Origin: Hypanus sabinus
Taxonomy: Eukaryota
DNA: 64,000 bases
Direction: 5' to 3'
Assembly: GCF_030144855.1 (NCBI RefSeq)
Contig: NC_082714.1
Location: 59,644,001 to 59,708,000, forward strand
Part shown: positions 62,345-64,000 of the stretch, piece by piece
How the letters are laid out: each line of letters starts with the position of its first letter
Position numbering within the stretch: the first letter of the stretch is position 1
Notes under the pieces: generated by a model
Told to the model about the DNA's origin: nothing
The model's input: only the letters and a program-made list of their open reading frames with translations
Databases searched by the model: none
Position numbers and translations under genes: made by a program

Positions 62345-63680
62345 CTAACCTCAGCTGCATTGACAACTGCATTGGTGCTGCTTCCTGAACCCATGTTGAG
62401 CTCATCAATTTCATCAACTCCGCCTCCAACTTCCATCCTTTCCTCAAATTTACTTCGTCCATATCTGATAACTTTCTCCCCTTTCTTGATCTTTTTCCAC
62501 TTCTGGAGACAGATTATCTATTGATGTCCTTTGCAAACTCACTGACTCCGATAGTCACGTTGGCTGTACTCTTCCCACTCTATCACTTGTAAAAATGGTA
62601 TTCCCTTCTCTTGGTTTCTCCAGTCGCATCCCATCTGTTCTCAGAATGAGGCTTTCTATTCCACAACATCTGTGATAAACTTTTCTTTCAAAAAATGGAG
62701 GTTCCCTTCCATAACTATTGACGTTGCCCTCACCCACATCTCCTCCATTTCCTGCACATCTGACATGCCACACCTTCCCCCACCTGACATAACACATAAC
62801 AGGGATATAGAGTTCTGCTGGTCTCCATGATTCCCTTGTCCATTCATTCCTTCCTCCCAATTTCCCTCCTGGCACTTAACCCTGCAACTTTTCTAAGTAC
62901 TACTCCCTCCTCTCTCGCCAAACAGTCCTTCCAGGAGATGGTTATTTATTGCATCTGCTGCTCCTGGTGTGACCTCCTCTAAGTTGGTGAGGCCCGACAC
63001 AGATTGGCAGATTGCTTTATTGAGAATCCTCACTCTGTCTGCTGCAACAGCCAGAATCTCCCAAGGCCACCCCTTTCAATTCCACTTCCCATTCCCACAT
63101 CCACTCATCTGTCCAAGGCCCCCTCTACTGCCTTGATGAGGCCAAGTACAGGTAGGAAGAGAAATACCTCATATTCCATCTTGGTAGTCTCCAACTTGAT
63201 CGTATCAGCTTCAATTTCTCTAAGACACAGCAACCACTCTCCCCTGTTTTCCCTCATTCTTTTGGCTCCTCAACCCTTCTCTTCCCCTCTGCTGCCTTCA
63301 TGACATACATAGCACTTCCCTCTAGTTCCCCACCTCCTTCCCTTTATTCCATGGTCTACTGTCCTCTCCTATCAGAATTGTTCTTCCTCAATCCTTTATT
63401 TCTTTCACCTATCACCTGTGAGTGTCTCACATCATTTGTTTTCTTGCCTCTCCTCCACCTGCCTACCTTGGACTCATCTATCCCCTTCTATCTTATACTC
63501 TTTCCCCTCACTCCACCCATCATTTTATTGTGGCTTCTTCCCCCTTCCTTTCCAATCTTGAATAAGGGTCTTGGCCTGAAATATCATGTCCACCCATAGA
63601 TGTTGCCTGAACTGTTGTGTTCCTCCAACATTTTGTGTATGTTACTCAAGGTTTCCAGCACCTGCAGAATCTCTTGTGTG
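62345..63680 (+). mobile_element. Penelope-like element: degenerate RT C-terminus, GIY-YIG endonuclease and 3' repeat
   Basis: CIDNCIGAAS*THVELINFINSASNFHPFLKFT..ISDNFLPFLD; VIYCICCSWCDLL*VGEARHRLADCFIE (from ~62940); end ccagcacctgcagaatctcttgtgt. Confidence 0.88.
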
Positions 63681-64000
63681 ACACAAAATCTAATTCTTAA
63701 TCAGATGTAGAAATGGTATAACCCTTAATCCACATTGCACTGACATTCCCAAAAGAGAGTGAAGTTTACTTCTAGTGACAAACACCATAATTGATACTAA
63801 AAATGTCACACTCTGAGAGCAAACAACTCAGATAAACACTATTGCTACGTGTACATTGAAGCCGATATTCTCACTGTGTACCACAGCACTGAGGAACACA
63901 ATGACATGGAAGTACACAAGATTTACTATCACACAGTCATACTAAAATGCAAGTGAGCACTGAAACATTCAAAAACAAATACACTACAATAAGCTATTAC

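Noticed and set aside
1-64000. Unistrand piRNA-cluster-like orientation bias of TEs
   Set aside because: Elements occur on both strands without a convincing bias.

Overview
Vertebrate nuclear DNA made almost entirely of repeats. The repeat mix (CR1, Rex1/Babar, L2, L1/Tx1, V-SINE/HE1-like SINEs, Penelope) suggests a cartilaginous fish, probably a ray; this is an inference. No host protein-coding gene can be supported. Main components: (i) a ~21-kb G-poor, C/A-rich satellite of ~22-bp units (3.4-24.5 kb) with young homogenised 42/44-bp sub-arrays. It grades into a cryptic ~21-bp repeat that recurs between transposons across the rest of the window. (ii) Many LINE fragments, several with readable target-site duplications (TSDs). 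(iii) A structurally complete but dead chromodomain-bearing Ty3/Gypsy (sushi-type) LTR element at 39630-48808, with both LTRs, a 5-bp TSD, a polypurine tract and a probable self-priming PBS, inside a four-level nest. (iv) A 6-kb minisatellite of mixed 31/33-bp units, which produces the artefactual 2049-aa ORF. (v) A ~3.6-kb CpG-retaining domain at 25-28.5 kb. I found no clearly new protein-based system; the best leads are structural or regulatory.
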